Source of the DNA: Chloroflexota bacterium
Lineage (GTDB): Bacteria > Chloroflexota > Dehalococcoidia > Bin125
DNA length: 64,000 bases
Assembly: GCA_028875225.1 (NCBI GenBank)
Contig: JAPPFB010000018.1
Location: forward strand, 2,237 to 66,236
Direction of reading: 5' to 3'
Position 1 is the first letter of the stretch; every line of letters begins with the position of its first letter. Position numbers and translations under genes: made by a program. Below are positions 49,781 through 59,428 of the stretch, piece by piece. The notes beneath the pieces were generated by a model. That model did no database searches. It had not been told where the DNA came from and worked only from the letters and a program-made list of their open reading frames with translations.

Positions 49781-49799
49781 ACCTGACTCCGATTCTCTA

Positions 49800-49916
49800 G
49801 ACCTCCCCCTTTGGGGGAGGTGCCCCGTAGGGGCGGAGGGGGCCTCCGCACATAGCGGAGCGCTCCAACCGAGCCCCCTCAGTCGCTACGCGACAGCTCC
49901 CCCAGAGGGGGAGCTC
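49800..49916. repeat. Inverted pair of ~45 bp palindromic repeat units (MITE-like composite)
   Basis: GACCTCCCCCTTTGGGGGAGGTGCCCCGTAGGGGCGGAGGGGGCC, 27 bp spacer, then GAGCCCCCTCAGTCGCTACGCGACAGCTCCCCCAGAGGGGGAGCTC, between divergent pepN and hydrolase genes. Confidence 0.8.
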
Positions 49917-49995
49917 CTTCTAACGGCGAGAGTACCAGCGACCCTGCCGTACCATGCCGCTGGAACCGCAGAACTGAACCAGAGAGGCCCAGACC

Positions 49996-50763
49996 ATGTC
50001 CGACGGCTACACCGAGTCCACCATCGAGGTCGCCGGCCTCCCCATCCAGGTCCTCCGCGGCGGCGACGGACCTAGCGTCCTCGTCATCCACCACGAGACC
50101 GGCAATCCCGGCTGGCTCGAGTTCCACAACGCCCTCTCCGCCCAGCGCGACGTCATCCTGCCGACCCTGCCCGGCTGGGACGGCACCGAGCGAGGCGACT
50201 GGATGCGCAGCGTCCGCGACATCGCCGCCGTCTGTTCCCTGCTCCTGGACGAACTCGGTGTCGGCGACGTCACCCTGGTCGGCCTCGGCTTCGGCGGCTA
50301 CATCGCCGCCGAGATGGCCACGGCCAACCAGTCCCGCCTCAGCGGCCTGGTCCTCGTCAACGCCGTCGGATTGCAACCTGAAGAAGGTGAAATCCGCGAC
50401 CAGTTCCTCGAGGCCCACGCCGACTACGTCAAATCCTGCTTCGCCGATCCCGCCAACTTCACCGACCTCTACGGAGAGGAAGTCTCCACCGAGCAGCTCG
50501 TCGCCTGGGACGCCAACCGAGAAATGACCGCCCGCACCGCCTGGAAACCCTTCCTCTACAGCCAGACCCTCCCTCACCTCCTCGCCAACGTCAACACCCC
50601 CACCAAAGTCATCCGAGGCGCCGACGACACCGTCGTCCCGGCGTCGGTCGCGAGCCAGTACGCAACCCTCCTCGGCAACGCCACCCTCATCACCCTCCCC
50701 GGAGGCCACAACCTCGAGTCGGACGCCCCCGAAGCCCTCGCCGAGGCGATCGTAAGCGACTAG
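49996..50763 (+). CDS. Alpha/beta-fold hydrolase
   Basis: 255 aa. VLVIHHETGNPGW, LVGLGFGGYIA elbow (Gly in place of Ser/Cys nucleophile is unusual; may be non-canonical). Confidence 0.65.
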   Translation: MSDGYTESTIEVAGLPIQVLRGGDGPSVLVIHHETGNPGWLEFHNALSAQRDVILPTLPGWDGTERGDWMRSVRDIAAVCSLLLDELGVGDVTLVGLGFGGYIAAEMATANQSRLSGLVLVNAVGLQPEEGEIRDQFLEAHADYVKSCFADPANFTDLYGEEVSTEQLVAWDANREMTARTAWKPFLYSQTLPHLLANVNTPTKVIRGADDTVVPASVASQYATLLGNATLITLPGGHNLESDAPEALAEAIVSD

Positions 50764-50817
50764 CTCGGCGCCTCAGAACGTTAGACTGCCCACCGACAAC
50801 GACCGAAAGGCCCTCCC

Positions 50818-52068
50818 ATGCACCTGATGTACTTCACCGAACAGCCGATGTCGGCCTACGACGAACATGCCGCCGAGGAGGGCGTCACCGCGCTGCTGTT
50901 CTCCAACTCCAACTTCGACCCCGTCGCCGGCTCGCAGCTCTACAACGATCGGCTGACCGAGTACAAGCTGGCCGAGGAGGTCGGCGTCGACGGGATCATG
51001 CTCAACGAGCATCACAACGCGCCCTTCTGCATGCAGGCCAAGTGCAACATCTGGGCCTCGGTGCTGGCCGGCGCCACCGAGCGCGTCAAAATCGTTCTGC
51101 TCGGCAACCCCCTCCCGCTGGCCGACAACCCGATCCGCCTCGCCGAAGAGCTGGCCATGATCGACATGATCTCCGGCGGCCGCCTCGTCTCCGGATTCGT
51201 CCGCGGCGGCGGCACCGAGCAGCTCGCCACCGGCGTCAACCCCGCCTACAACCGCGAGCGTTTCGAGGAGGCCCACGACCTGATCGTCGAAGCCTGGACC
51301 CGCCCCGGACCGTTCCGCTGGGAGGGCCGCCACTACCAGCACCGCGTCGTCAACCCCTGGGCGCTGCCGATGCAGCAGCCCCACCCGCGCATCTGGATCC
51401 CCGGCGTGCTCTCACGCGAGACCGTGATCTGGGCGGCCAAGCACCGCTATCCCTACATCGCGCTCAACACCACGATCGAAGCCACCAAGCGCATCTGGCA
51501 GACCTACGACGATGCGGCGCACGAGGTCGGCTACGACCCCGGCCCCGAGAACCGCGGCTACCTGCTCCGCGTTCACGTCGCCGACACGACCGAAAAGGCG
51601 ATGCAAAACGCCTCGCAGTTCATGTGGATGCAGGGCGAGTTCACCGGCCTCGCGCACCCGGTCTGGTCGAATCCCGCCGGCTACGCCTCGCCGCGCAACC
51701 GTGAGGCCCTGGTCGAGGTCATGAATGGCCGCCGACCCCCGCCGCGCGCACAGTCCTTTGACAACCAGATCGAAAACATGCAGATCATCGCCGGCACCCC
51801 GGACGAATGCATCCGCAAACTGCGCACCATCCTCGAGGAAACCCGGCCCGGCATCCTCGCCCTCTGGGGCAACGACGGCCGCGTCACCCACGAGGACTCG
51901 ATGCGCTGCATTGAACTGCTCGGCACCGAGGTCATGCCCGCCCTCCGAGACATCGGAGCCGAGCTCGACCTCGACGGCCCCTTCGACTCGGAGCCGCCCG
52001 TCAGCATCAACTACGACGAAGCCGCCAAAGCCCGCGTCGCCTCCGCCGCCGCAGCCTCCGGCGACTAG
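50818..52068 (+). CDS. LLM-class (luciferase-like) flavin-dependent oxidoreductase
   Basis: 416 aa, TIM-barrel LLM motifs (LNEHHNAPF, GGRLVSGFVRGGG). Confidence 0.8.
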   Translation: MHLMYFTEQPMSAYDEHAAEEGVTALLFSNSNFDPVAGSQLYNDRLTEYKLAEEVGVDGIMLNEHHNAPFCMQAKCNIWASVLAGATERVKIVLLGNPLPLADNPIRLAEELAMIDMISGGRLVSGFVRGGGTEQLATGVNPAYNRERFEEAHDLIVEAWTRPGPFRWEGRHYQHRVVNPWALPMQQPHPRIWIPGVLSRETVIWAAKHRYPYIALNTTIEATKRIWQTYDDAAHEVGYDPGPENRGYLLRVHVADTTEKAMQNASQFMWMQGEFTGLAHPVWSNPAGYASPRNREALVEVMNGRRPPPRAQSFDNQIENMQIIAGTPDECIRKLRTILEETRPGILALWGNDGRVTHEDSMRCIELLGTEVMPALRDIGAELDLDGPFDSEPPVSINYDEAAKARVASAAAASGD

Positions 52069-52077
52069 AACAGACAA

Positions 52078-52120
52078 GAGCTCCCCCTCTGGGGGAGCTG
52101 CCGCGAAGCGGCTGAGGGGG
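52078..52120. repeat. Single ~45 bp palindromic repeat unit
   Basis: GAGCTCCCCCTCTGGGGGAGCTGCCGCGAAGCGGCTGAGGGGGC, preceded by the same AACAGACAAG leader seen at 14181. Confidence 0.8.
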
Positions 52121-52177
52121 CTCCCCCACTCTCCTGACTCATTCCCCGATCCAATCCGAGACGAAAGACTCCTGGAA

Positions 52178-52951
52178 ATGGCAACCCTCGACATCCTCCT
52201 TCCCGGCTACTCGTTCGGTACCGACTCCGGCACGCCCGCCTTCTGCGCCGTGATCCTGGTCGAATCCGACGGCCGCCGCATCCTCGTCGACACCGCCCAC
52301 GTCGGCCGCCGCGTGCAACTGCAGGAACAGCTCGCCTCCCGCGGCCTCGGCGTCTCCGACATCGACATGATTCTGATGACCCACGCGCACTGGGACCATG
52401 TGCAGAACTTCGACGCCTTCCCCGACGTGCCCATGGCCATCCACCCGCACGAGCGCAAGTACGCCTCCGAGCCCCACGTCAATGATTGGGCCACCCCGCA
52501 GTGGACCGGCGCCGCCATCGAGACCCACCCAATGACCGAAGTCAACGAGGGCGACGAACTGGCCAAGGGCGTCCGCGTCATTCGTTTGCCGGGACACTCC
52601 CCTGGCAGCATCGGACTGCTGGTCGAGACCGAGGCCGGTATCTGCGGCATCACCGGCGACGCCATGCACACCGCCGCCGTCGGCAAGGCGGGACGCAGTC
52701 CGCTCGTCTTCTACAGCGAGTCCCAGGCCAACGAGTCCATCGCCCGCGTGATGAGCGCCTCCGACGTCCTCTATCCCGGCCACGACCGCCCGTTCCAAAT
52801 GGTCGACGGCGAACCGGAGTACGTCGAGGAGTACAAGCTCACCCTCAGCGGCGTCCAGCCCAACATGGAGGGCCTGACCTTCGCCGACCCGCCCACCGAG
52901 CTCGTCACCTGGGTCATGCCCGGCATTGAGGATCAGCCCCAGTACGACTGA
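52178..52951 (+). CDS. MBL-fold metallo-hydrolase (N-acyl-homoserine-lactonase-like)
   Basis: Real ATG at 52178 inside track ORF 51725..52951, whose N-terminus translates the repeat. THAHWDH zinc motif, GHSPGS, HD. Confidence 0.75.
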   Translation: MATLDILLPGYSFGTDSGTPAFCAVILVESDGRRILVDTAHVGRRVQLQEQLASRGLGVSDIDMILMTHAHWDHVQNFDAFPDVPMAIHPHERKYASEPHVNDWATPQWTGAAIETHPMTEVNEGDELAKGVRVIRLPGHSPGSIGLLVETEAGICGITGDAMHTAAVGKAGRSPLVFYSESQANESIARVMSASDVLYPGHDRPFQMVDGEPEYVEEYKLTLSGVQPNMEGLTFADPPTELVTWVMPGIEDQPQYD

Positions 52952-52952
52952 G

Positions 52953-53837
52953 GTGCGACTGGCCCTGATCAACGGTCGCCGAGTCGCCTACGAAGTCTCA
53001 GGCGACCCTGCCGGCCGACCCGTCCTGATCATCCACGGAGCCTGGGGCGGCCCATCCTCTACCCTCTGGAACGGCCCCCGCCTCCGTTGGCACGTCCCCA
53101 CCGACGGCCTACGGCTCATCTGGTACGACCGCCGCTGCGCCGGCCTCTCCCAGTACGACACCGGGCCCTTCACCCTCGAAGATCTCGCAAACGACGCGGT
53201 CGACCTGCTCGACTACCTCAACATCGACCAGGCCGCCATCATCGCCACCTCAGCCGGCGGCCCAATCGGCCTTCGCCTCGCCCTCGATCACCCCGACCGA
53301 GTCGAGTCGCTCGTCCTGCTCAACACCGGCGCATCCCTCATGTCGCTCACGCCGACCGCCATCTCGCTTCACGACCCGTTCGTCGCCGATCGCCTCGCTA
53401 CCGTCGCGAAGCGTCTCGCGCTCCTTGACCTGTTCGAATGCGAAGGCATAGAAGCGGTGATTGCAGAGTCGGAGGAGGAGTGGCGATCGCCCCCGCAACC
53501 GCCCGAACCGGACCCGGCGCTCTCGACACATCGCGAGAACCGACAGCGGTTTCTACAGGGCATAAGTAACGAAGAGCTGACCCCCCTCGCGCGCGGCGCG
53601 CTCCTCAACATGAAGGCCCAACGAGGCGTCGATCTCTGCGATGAGTTGAGCCGGATCAGATGCCCCGTGCTCATCATCCACGGCGACGCCGATACCACTG
53701 TGCCAGTCGCCTTCGGCCGTGCATTGGCCGAAGAAATCCCCCATGGCGAGTTCACGGTGCTCAACGGGCAAGGGCATGGTCTGATTGTCAATCCCGCCGC
53801 GCAGCAGCTCGTCATCCAATGGCTGCGATCGGGCTAA
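52953..53837 (+). CDS. Alpha/beta-fold hydrolase
   Basis: GTG start just after the MBL stop. VLIIHGAWGG, ATSAGG nucleophile elbow, C-terminal HGDADTTVP. Confidence 0.65.
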   Translation: MRLALINGRRVAYEVSGDPAGRPVLIIHGAWGGPSSTLWNGPRLRWHVPTDGLRLIWYDRRCAGLSQYDTGPFTLEDLANDAVDLLDYLNIDQAAIIATSAGGPIGLRLALDHPDRVESLVLLNTGASLMSLTPTAISLHDPFVADRLATVAKRLALLDLFECEGIEAVIAESEEEWRSPPQPPEPDPALSTHRENRQRFLQGISNEELTPLARGALLNMKAQRGVDLCDELSRIRCPVLIIHGDADTTVPVAFGRALAEEIPHGEFTVLNGQGHGLIVNPAAQQLVIQWLRSG

Positions 53838-53846
53838 CATGGCCGC

Positions 53847-54032
53847 ATGACAACAACGGAACCCAAGCCGGAGACGCAGGACCTGAGCGAGCTGCTGGCA
53901 GAGCAAGGCGTCAAGTTGCCGTCTACTCAGGAGTTTGCCGAGGCGCTTCGGAACCTCTTTGACACGGAAGAGGAGAAGCAAGAGTTCCTCGATAGCTTCG
54001 ACGACTTCTGGCCGAACGAGCCGGACGGCTGA
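53847..54032 (+). CDS. Small acidic hypothetical protein
   Basis: 61 aa, GC3 of about 79% (below neighbours). No motif. Confidence 0.35.
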   Translation: MTTTEPKPETQDLSELLAEQGVKLPSTQEFAEALRNLFDTEEEKQEFLDSFDDFWPNEPDG

Positions 54033-54058
54033 GTTGCCGAAGTGGTCTTCGAGGCTTA

Positions 54059-54418
54059 CTAATGTCCCTGTCCTGATTCGCCAATCTCAACTTCGGACCA
54101 GTCGAAGTTGTACACACACTGAACAAGTTCACGCCACCACTGGTAGTTGTCGGGGGTGACGCTCTGTCCCTCCGGTGCGAACGCTTGTCCCGGACGGCGG
54201 GTCCTTTTGTTCACAACCAGGGCGGAAAGCCAAGGCCGACCGTATGGTCGGCACACTTCGTCCTCTATGAATCTCAACGGACCTGGCACGGCACGTGCGA
54301 TGAGTCCCGCCTTGCGTTCGATCTCGCCGTATGTGATGAGTTCCCTTTGCGCTGCGCACTCCTTGAGTAACGTCAGAATCTCTCTTGTGTACTTCGGTGT
54401 CTTCCTGTGCCTCCTCAT
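54059..54418 (-). CDS. Hypothetical protein in low-GC pocket, translationally coupled to upstream CoA-transferase
   Basis: 119 aa. Local GC about 56%. ATGA start/stop overlap with the CaiB gene at 54415. Confidence 0.5.
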   Translation of the reverse strand: MRRHRKTPKYTREILTLLKECAAQRELITYGEIERKAGLIARAVPGPLRFIEDEVCRPYGRPWLSALVVNKRTRRPGQAFAPEGQSVTPDNYQWWRELVQCVYNFDWSEVEIGESGQGH

Positions 54419-55671
54419 CGCAACTCCGACAAGATCTCATCCGTATGCTCCCCAAGCAGCGGAGGACGCCGTGTGATGCCCCAGCTCCCCTTCGTCAACT
54501 GATACGGCGCGCCCGGGTAGATCACGTCCCGTCCTAGCTCCGGATGCTCCACCTTGACCTGCATGCCTCGATCGACGAAGTGCGGATCCTCCAGCGCTTC
54601 CTCGGGACTGTGAATCACGCCGACCTGGAAGCCGAAGTTTTGCGCCTTGGTGAAGAACTCGTAGGCGGTCAGCTTCGAGGCCAGCAGGTCGAACGCCTCT
54701 CGGCCCGCCCCAAAGATCGCCAGCAACTCTTCGTTGTCGCCTCGGAACACATCGGCCAGCGAGAAGCTCTCCAGCTCCGCCCCGACAAGGAGCAGCGCTG
54801 CCTCGGGCAGCTGGTCCAGCAGACCCTCGTCCTCCAACCACCGGTAGCAGAGACCAAACTCCGCCGGTCGACGCGGCGGAATGCCGGTGTTCACGTAGCG
54901 GCCGTCGGCGCACATGATCTGCGACGGCATCGACGGCGCCACGCCCGCGTGCCGCCCGGTCTGACGCTGCACCGTGGAGTGCGAGACCAGCCACGAGTAC
55001 GACCCTGCCTCAGTCGTGACATTCACCGACGCATTGATGTTGACGTTGATGTGCTGCCCAACACCCGTTGCGTCGCGGTGCAGGAGCGCCGTGAGAATCG
55101 ACATGAAGGCATAGTTCGAGCCCGTGTGATAGGCCTGCTGGCCGCCGCCGCGGACCGGCGGCAGCGAGTGGTCGTCGTAGCCGTTCATCCAGGCGAAGCC
55201 GCCGTTGGCGGCCAACGTCAGGTCGGTGTGCGGCTCATCGTCTCGCACCGAGCCGAAGCCGAAGTTGGTGATCGTGCACCAGATCAACCCTGGGTTGTCG
55301 GACATGATCTGGTGGTAATCGACCCCAAGACGGCCGACCGGATCGTAGGTGTTGGTGTCGAAGATGATGTCGGCCGACTCGACCAATTTGAGGAACGCGT
55401 CGGCATTCGAGCGGTCGTTGAAGTCCATCACGACGCTGCGCTTGGACGTGTTGTAGTACCAGAAGAAGAGTGATCGCTCGTGATGCGGCTCGTCGTCGAC
55501 GAACGGCTCGTACTGCCGCGACGGATCGCCCTCGGGTGGCTCGATCTTGATCACATCCGCGCCCATGTCGGCCAATAGCTTGCCGCACCAGGCGCCTCGT
55601 TCATCGCCGATCTCAAGCACGCGCAGATCGTCGAGCGCCATCATTGCCAGTGGGTTCGAGTTGGTCGTCAT
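54415..55671 (-). CDS. Family III CoA-transferase (CaiB/BaiF-like)
   Basis: 418 aa. LRVLEIGDERGAWCGKLLADMGADVIKIEPPEG. Confidence 0.85.
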   Translation of the reverse strand: MTTNSNPLAMMALDDLRVLEIGDERGAWCGKLLADMGADVIKIEPPEGDPSRQYEPFVDDEPHHERSLFFWYYNTSKRSVVMDFNDRSNADAFLKLVESADIIFDTNTYDPVGRLGVDYHQIMSDNPGLIWCTITNFGFGSVRDDEPHTDLTLAANGGFAWMNGYDDHSLPPVRGGGQQAYHTGSNYAFMSILTALLHRDATGVGQHINVNINASVNVTTEAGSYSWLVSHSTVQRQTGRHAGVAPSMPSQIMCADGRYVNTGIPPRRPAEFGLCYRWLEDEGLLDQLPEAALLLVGAELESFSLADVFRGDNEELLAIFGAGREAFDLLASKLTAYEFFTKAQNFGFQVGVIHSPEEALEDPHFVDRGMQVKVEHPELGRDVIYPGAPYQLTKGSWGITRRPPLLGEHTDEILSELR

Positions 55672-56945
55672 CAGATCACGCCCTCCTCGTGCAGGCCTGC
55701 GATCTCATCCTGGCTCAAGCCCAGCAATTCGCCGTAGACGTAGTCGTTGTCCTCGCCCAACACTGCCGCGCCGCGCGTCATCGACCAGTCGGTCTTCGTG
55801 AAGTGCGCGGGAATCCCGTCGACCCGCACGCGGCCCATCTCCGCCTGCCGGATTGTCGGCCAGAGCTGCGCCTCGGCCGAATTGACGTCCTGATCAATCC
55901 GCTGCTCCGGCGTTTGCACGGCATTCGCCGGCACTCCGGCCGCGCGCAGCAGCTCCGCCGACTGGAACGGATCGCGGCGCATGCACCACTCGCCGATCTT
56001 TGAGTCCAGGTCGTCCTGCGCCGACAATCGTCCGGCCAGCTGGCCGTAATCGTCGTTGGCGGCCCAATCACAGCCGTCGGCGACCAGCACGTCGCGCATC
56101 GCGTGCCAGTCCTCGTCATTGCGGCAGGCAATGGCGATCCAGGCCTCGTCGAACGAGCCGGGAATCGGCTGTGCCGCATAGATGTTGTGCGGCGCCATCG
56201 CCGGGAACTGCGAATGGTTGGCGTCCGGGAATCCGTCGCGGCGCAGCGGTCGGCCGTTGACCGTGTAGTCGAGCAGCACCGGACCGTTCAGTGTCAGGGC
56301 CGCCTCGGTCGCGGCAACATCGACGTACTGCCCTTCGCCGGTGCGATTGCGGTGGTGGATGGCCAGCATGATCGCCATCGCCATGAAGTAGGCGCCGGTG
56401 TGGTCCATGTAGGAGTAGCCCCAGCCGGCCGGCGGCTGGTCGGGTATCGCCGACGACATCGTCAGGCCGCTGGTCGCCTGCACGATCGGACCCCAGGTCT
56501 TGAACTTCTCGTACGGCCCCGAGTGTCCGAAGCCGCAGTTGGAGACGTAGATGATGTCTTCCTTGATCTCCTTGAGCGCGTCGTAGTCGTAGCCCCACGA
56601 GCGCATCACGCCGGAGGAGAAGTTCTCGGTCACGCAGTCGGAGATCGCGACCAGCCGCTCGAACAGCTCGCGTCCCTTCTCCGTCTTGATGTTGAGCGAG
56701 ATGCCCAGCTTGCCTACGTTGTGGTTGTTGAATGGTCCGCCCAACTCGGGACCGCGCCGGTCGTCCACATAGGGCGGCATCCCGCGCAGGATGTCCCAGC
56801 GGCCATGGTTGGACGGATCCTCGATCCGGATCACTTCGGCGCCAAACGCAGCCATGAACTTGGTCGCGCCGGCGCCGGCCAGCTGACCGGTGAAATCGCA
56901 GATCCGCAGATGCGAAAGCGCCTGGCTCTTGACGTGATGGGGCAT
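55671..56945 (-). CDS. Family III CoA-transferase (CaiB/BaiF-like)
   Basis: 424 aa. LRICDFTGQLAGAGATKFMAAFGAEVIRIEDP. Confidence 0.85.
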   Translation of the reverse strand: MPHHVKSQALSHLRICDFTGQLAGAGATKFMAAFGAEVIRIEDPSNHGRWDILRGMPPYVDDRRGPELGGPFNNHNVGKLGISLNIKTEKGRELFERLVAISDCVTENFSSGVMRSWGYDYDALKEIKEDIIYVSNCGFGHSGPYEKFKTWGPIVQATSGLTMSSAIPDQPPAGWGYSYMDHTGAYFMAMAIMLAIHHRNRTGEGQYVDVAATEAALTLNGPVLLDYTVNGRPLRRDGFPDANHSQFPAMAPHNIYAAQPIPGSFDEAWIAIACRNDEDWHAMRDVLVADGCDWAANDDYGQLAGRLSAQDDLDSKIGEWCMRRDPFQSAELLRAAGVPANAVQTPEQRIDQDVNSAEAQLWPTIRQAEMGRVRVDGIPAHFTKTDWSMTRGAAVLGEDNDYVYGELLGLSQDEIAGLHEEGVI

Positions 56946-57001
56946 CGTCCTACTCCTCCAGCGGAAGTCTATATGGCGGATATGCTGAAGCCGAATACAA
57001 A

Positions 57002-57129
57002 GAGTTCCCCCACTGGGGGAGCTGTCCTCGACGCAGTCGAGGGCTGAGGGGGCCTGCCGCCAGTTTTGCGAAGTGCAGGCACCGAGCCCCCTCCGTCACT
57101 TCGTGACACCTCCCCCATTGGGGGAGGTC
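57002..57129. repeat. Inverted pair of ~45 bp palindromic repeat units (MITE-like composite)
   Basis: GAGTTCCCCCACTGGGGGAGCTG...GGGCTGAGGGGGCC, 30 bp spacer, then GAGCCCCCTCCGTCACTTCGTGACACCTCCCCCATTGGGGGAGGTC, between divergent CaiB and SDR genes. Confidence 0.8.
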
Positions 57130-57151
57130 CATCTCGCAAGGAGCAACCACC

Positions 57152-57925
57152 ATGGCCAAAGTCGCATTCATCACCGGAGCCAGCCGTGGGATCGGCAAGC
57201 AGCTGGCGCAGGATTTCGCGATTGCCGGCTATGACATCGCCGCCGTTGCCCGCTCAACCGCCGACACGCCGACCAAGCTTCCCGGCACGGTCAACGAGAC
57301 CGCCCAACTCGTCGAGGAAGCCGGCCAGCAGTGCCTGCCAATCGGCGCCAACCTGGCCAAAGTGGAAGATCTCGACCGCGCCGTCGCCGAAACCTACGAC
57401 CGTTTCGGCCAGATCGACGTGTTGATCAACAACGCCGCGATCGCGCCACCGGGCAAGGCGCTGGAGTCAGGACGCCATCTCTGGGGCCTGGCCGTCGAGA
57501 TCAACGTCAACGCGCCCTTCTACCTGACCCACGCCGTCGCGCCAAAGATGGCCGAGGCCGACGGCGGCGCGGTGATCAACATCGGTTCCGGCGCCTCCGT
57601 CAGCCCCGACTTCGGCCGCGCCAGCTACACGACGACCAAGCGCGCGCTGGAGGCGATGTCGGAGTCCCTGGCCAGCGACCTCAAGGGCACCGGCATTTCG
57701 GTCAACTGTCTCAGGTTGGAACTCTCCGTCTGGAGCGAGGGCTACGCCTTCACCCTCGGCGAGCAGGCCAAGCAGATGGACTTCGAAGACCCGATCATCA
57801 TGTCCGACGCCTGCCTCTGGATCGTCGCCCAGGGCCCCGAGTGGACCGGCCGGATCGTCACCATCGCCGACCTGCGCAAGTACGGAGCGGTCCGCCCGGT
57901 GACGCGCAAGACCTTCGACGACTAG
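57152..57925 (+). CDS. SDR-family oxidoreductase
   Basis: 257 aa. FITGASRGIGK, NNAA, Y-x3-K catalytic motif. Confidence 0.85.
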   Translation: MAKVAFITGASRGIGKQLAQDFAIAGYDIAAVARSTADTPTKLPGTVNETAQLVEEAGQQCLPIGANLAKVEDLDRAVAETYDRFGQIDVLINNAAIAPPGKALESGRHLWGLAVEINVNAPFYLTHAVAPKMAEADGGAVINIGSGASVSPDFGRASYTTTKRALEAMSESLASDLKGTGISVNCLRLELSVWSEGYAFTLGEQAKQMDFEDPIIMSDACLWIVAQGPEWTGRIVTIADLRKYGAVRPVTRKTFDD

Positions 57926-59346
57926 TCAGCTGCGTCAGCGGGGTTGAGGTCGCTCAACTCTCGATGGGTCAAGCTGCGGGTGGTGACAGCCAGTTCATCG
58001 AGCTCGGGAGCGTCCTTGCCCTCGGTGCCACCACCGAGTTCGCGCATTCGTCGCGCTCCGACGAGCAAGTCGCCTTGCAGAGAGCCGACCCCGGTGTCGT
58101 AAGCTTTGGCCGTGCTCGAGATTGCCCGACCGAGGCGGGCGTAGTGCTCGGCATGTCGGCGAACTCCGTCATAAATCGTCTGGGCGTGCTGCTGAATCTC
58201 ATTGGCCTTCTCGTGAAAGCGTTCCTGGCGCAATGCCTCAGCCACGCCGGTCACTAACGCGAGCATGGTGACTGGAGTCGCCAGCAACACGCGATGCTTC
58301 TCGAACGCCTCGGCAATCAGATCCGGGCGGGCTCGGGTCGCCGCTTCGAGAATGCTGTCCGATGGTATCCACATAACGACCACGTCGAGCGCCTGGTCGA
58401 TGTTCTCCGCGTACTCCACTCGAGCCAGGTCGCGAGCGGTGTTCAAGACGTTCGCCGCATGACTCTTGAGCAGTTCCTGCTGCTGTGTTTCGTCCCTGGC
58501 GTCGAGCGCCGCTCGATAATCGTCAAAGGGGACCTTTGAATCGATCACGATCTTTCGTCCGCCCGGCATCCGCACAACGACGTCAGCACGGCCAGATCCT
58601 TGATCGGTGTTGACCTGGGTCTGGTAGTCGGTGTCTGGGCGCATTCCTGCGAGTTGCAAAATGTTCTCCAGGGTTCTTTCACCCCAGTCTCCCCGCAACT
58701 GACTTGAGCGCAGGATTTCGCGTAGGTCGCCGGTCTCAGAACTCAGTTGGCCGACCTGCTGCTGGGTGGCTTTGATCAGTTCGCTGACGCCCTCATATGC
58801 GCCCTCGCGATGCTTTTCCAAATCAATGATCTGCCTGCGCAACTCGTCGAGGCTCTTGCCCACGGGTTCGACTCGCTGCTTCAGCTCTTGCTCGGCGAGT
58901 TCTCGTTGGCGCTTGAAATCTTCAGACGCCTGCTTACGGAACTCTTCGTTACTCGCTTTGGCGACATCTGCCGCGATGCCCTTAAACAGGGCGTCGATTT
59001 CTTCCTGCTTCTTGTTGAGTTCCTCCATGCGCGCCTCGCGATCCGAGGCGACCTGCTGCAGTTCCTCGCGTGCTTCCCCGAGGCTGTCGCGCAGTCCCGA
59101 CACACGAGATCGTTCCTCGTCCAATTCCGCAGCGGTCTGTTGCAACTGCGAGGAACGTTCCTCCAGCCGCGCCGATGCTTCGGTGCGCTGCTGTTCAACA
59201 ACATGCAACGTGCTCCGTACTTCCTCCAGCTCGCCGCGCAGATCGGCAGCGTTTGAGCGCAGTGCCGAAGCCTCTCTGCGAACGATCCACGCGACTGATC
59301 CGCCAACCAGCAACCCAATGATCAAGCCAATGACAATTTCCACCAT
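57922..59346 (-). CDS. rmuC: DNA recombination protein RmuC
   Basis: 474 aa. N-terminal TM helix, long coiled-coil, C-terminal RmuC nuclease-like region (GRADVVVRMPGGRKIVIDSKVPF). Confidence 0.8.
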   Translation of the reverse strand: MVEIVIGLIIGLLVGGSVAWIVRREASALRSNAADLRGELEEVRSTLHVVEQQRTEASARLEERSSQLQQTAAELDEERSRVSGLRDSLGEAREELQQVASDREARMEELNKKQEEIDALFKGIAADVAKASNEEFRKQASEDFKRQRELAEQELKQRVEPVGKSLDELRRQIIDLEKHREGAYEGVSELIKATQQQVGQLSSETGDLREILRSSQLRGDWGERTLENILQLAGMRPDTDYQTQVNTDQGSGRADVVVRMPGGRKIVIDSKVPFDDYRAALDARDETQQQELLKSHAANVLNTARDLARVEYAENIDQALDVVVMWIPSDSILEAATRARPDLIAEAFEKHRVLLATPVTMLALVTGVAEALRQERFHEKANEIQQHAQTIYDGVRRHAEHYARLGRAISSTAKAYDTGVGSLQGDLLVGARRMRELGGGTEGKDAPELDELAVTTRSLTHRELSDLNPADAAD

Positions 59347-59428
59347 GACCTCCCGACTCTGGCGCCCATCCGGCCACCTCGATGCTATCTAATGGACGTA
59401 ACGAGGGAGATCGTGAGGCGGAACGGAT

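Noticed and set aside
54544-57047. Plus-strand ORFs of 309 and 314 aa (54544..55473, 56103..57047)
   Set aside because: Antisense to the two CaiB genes at 54415-56945.
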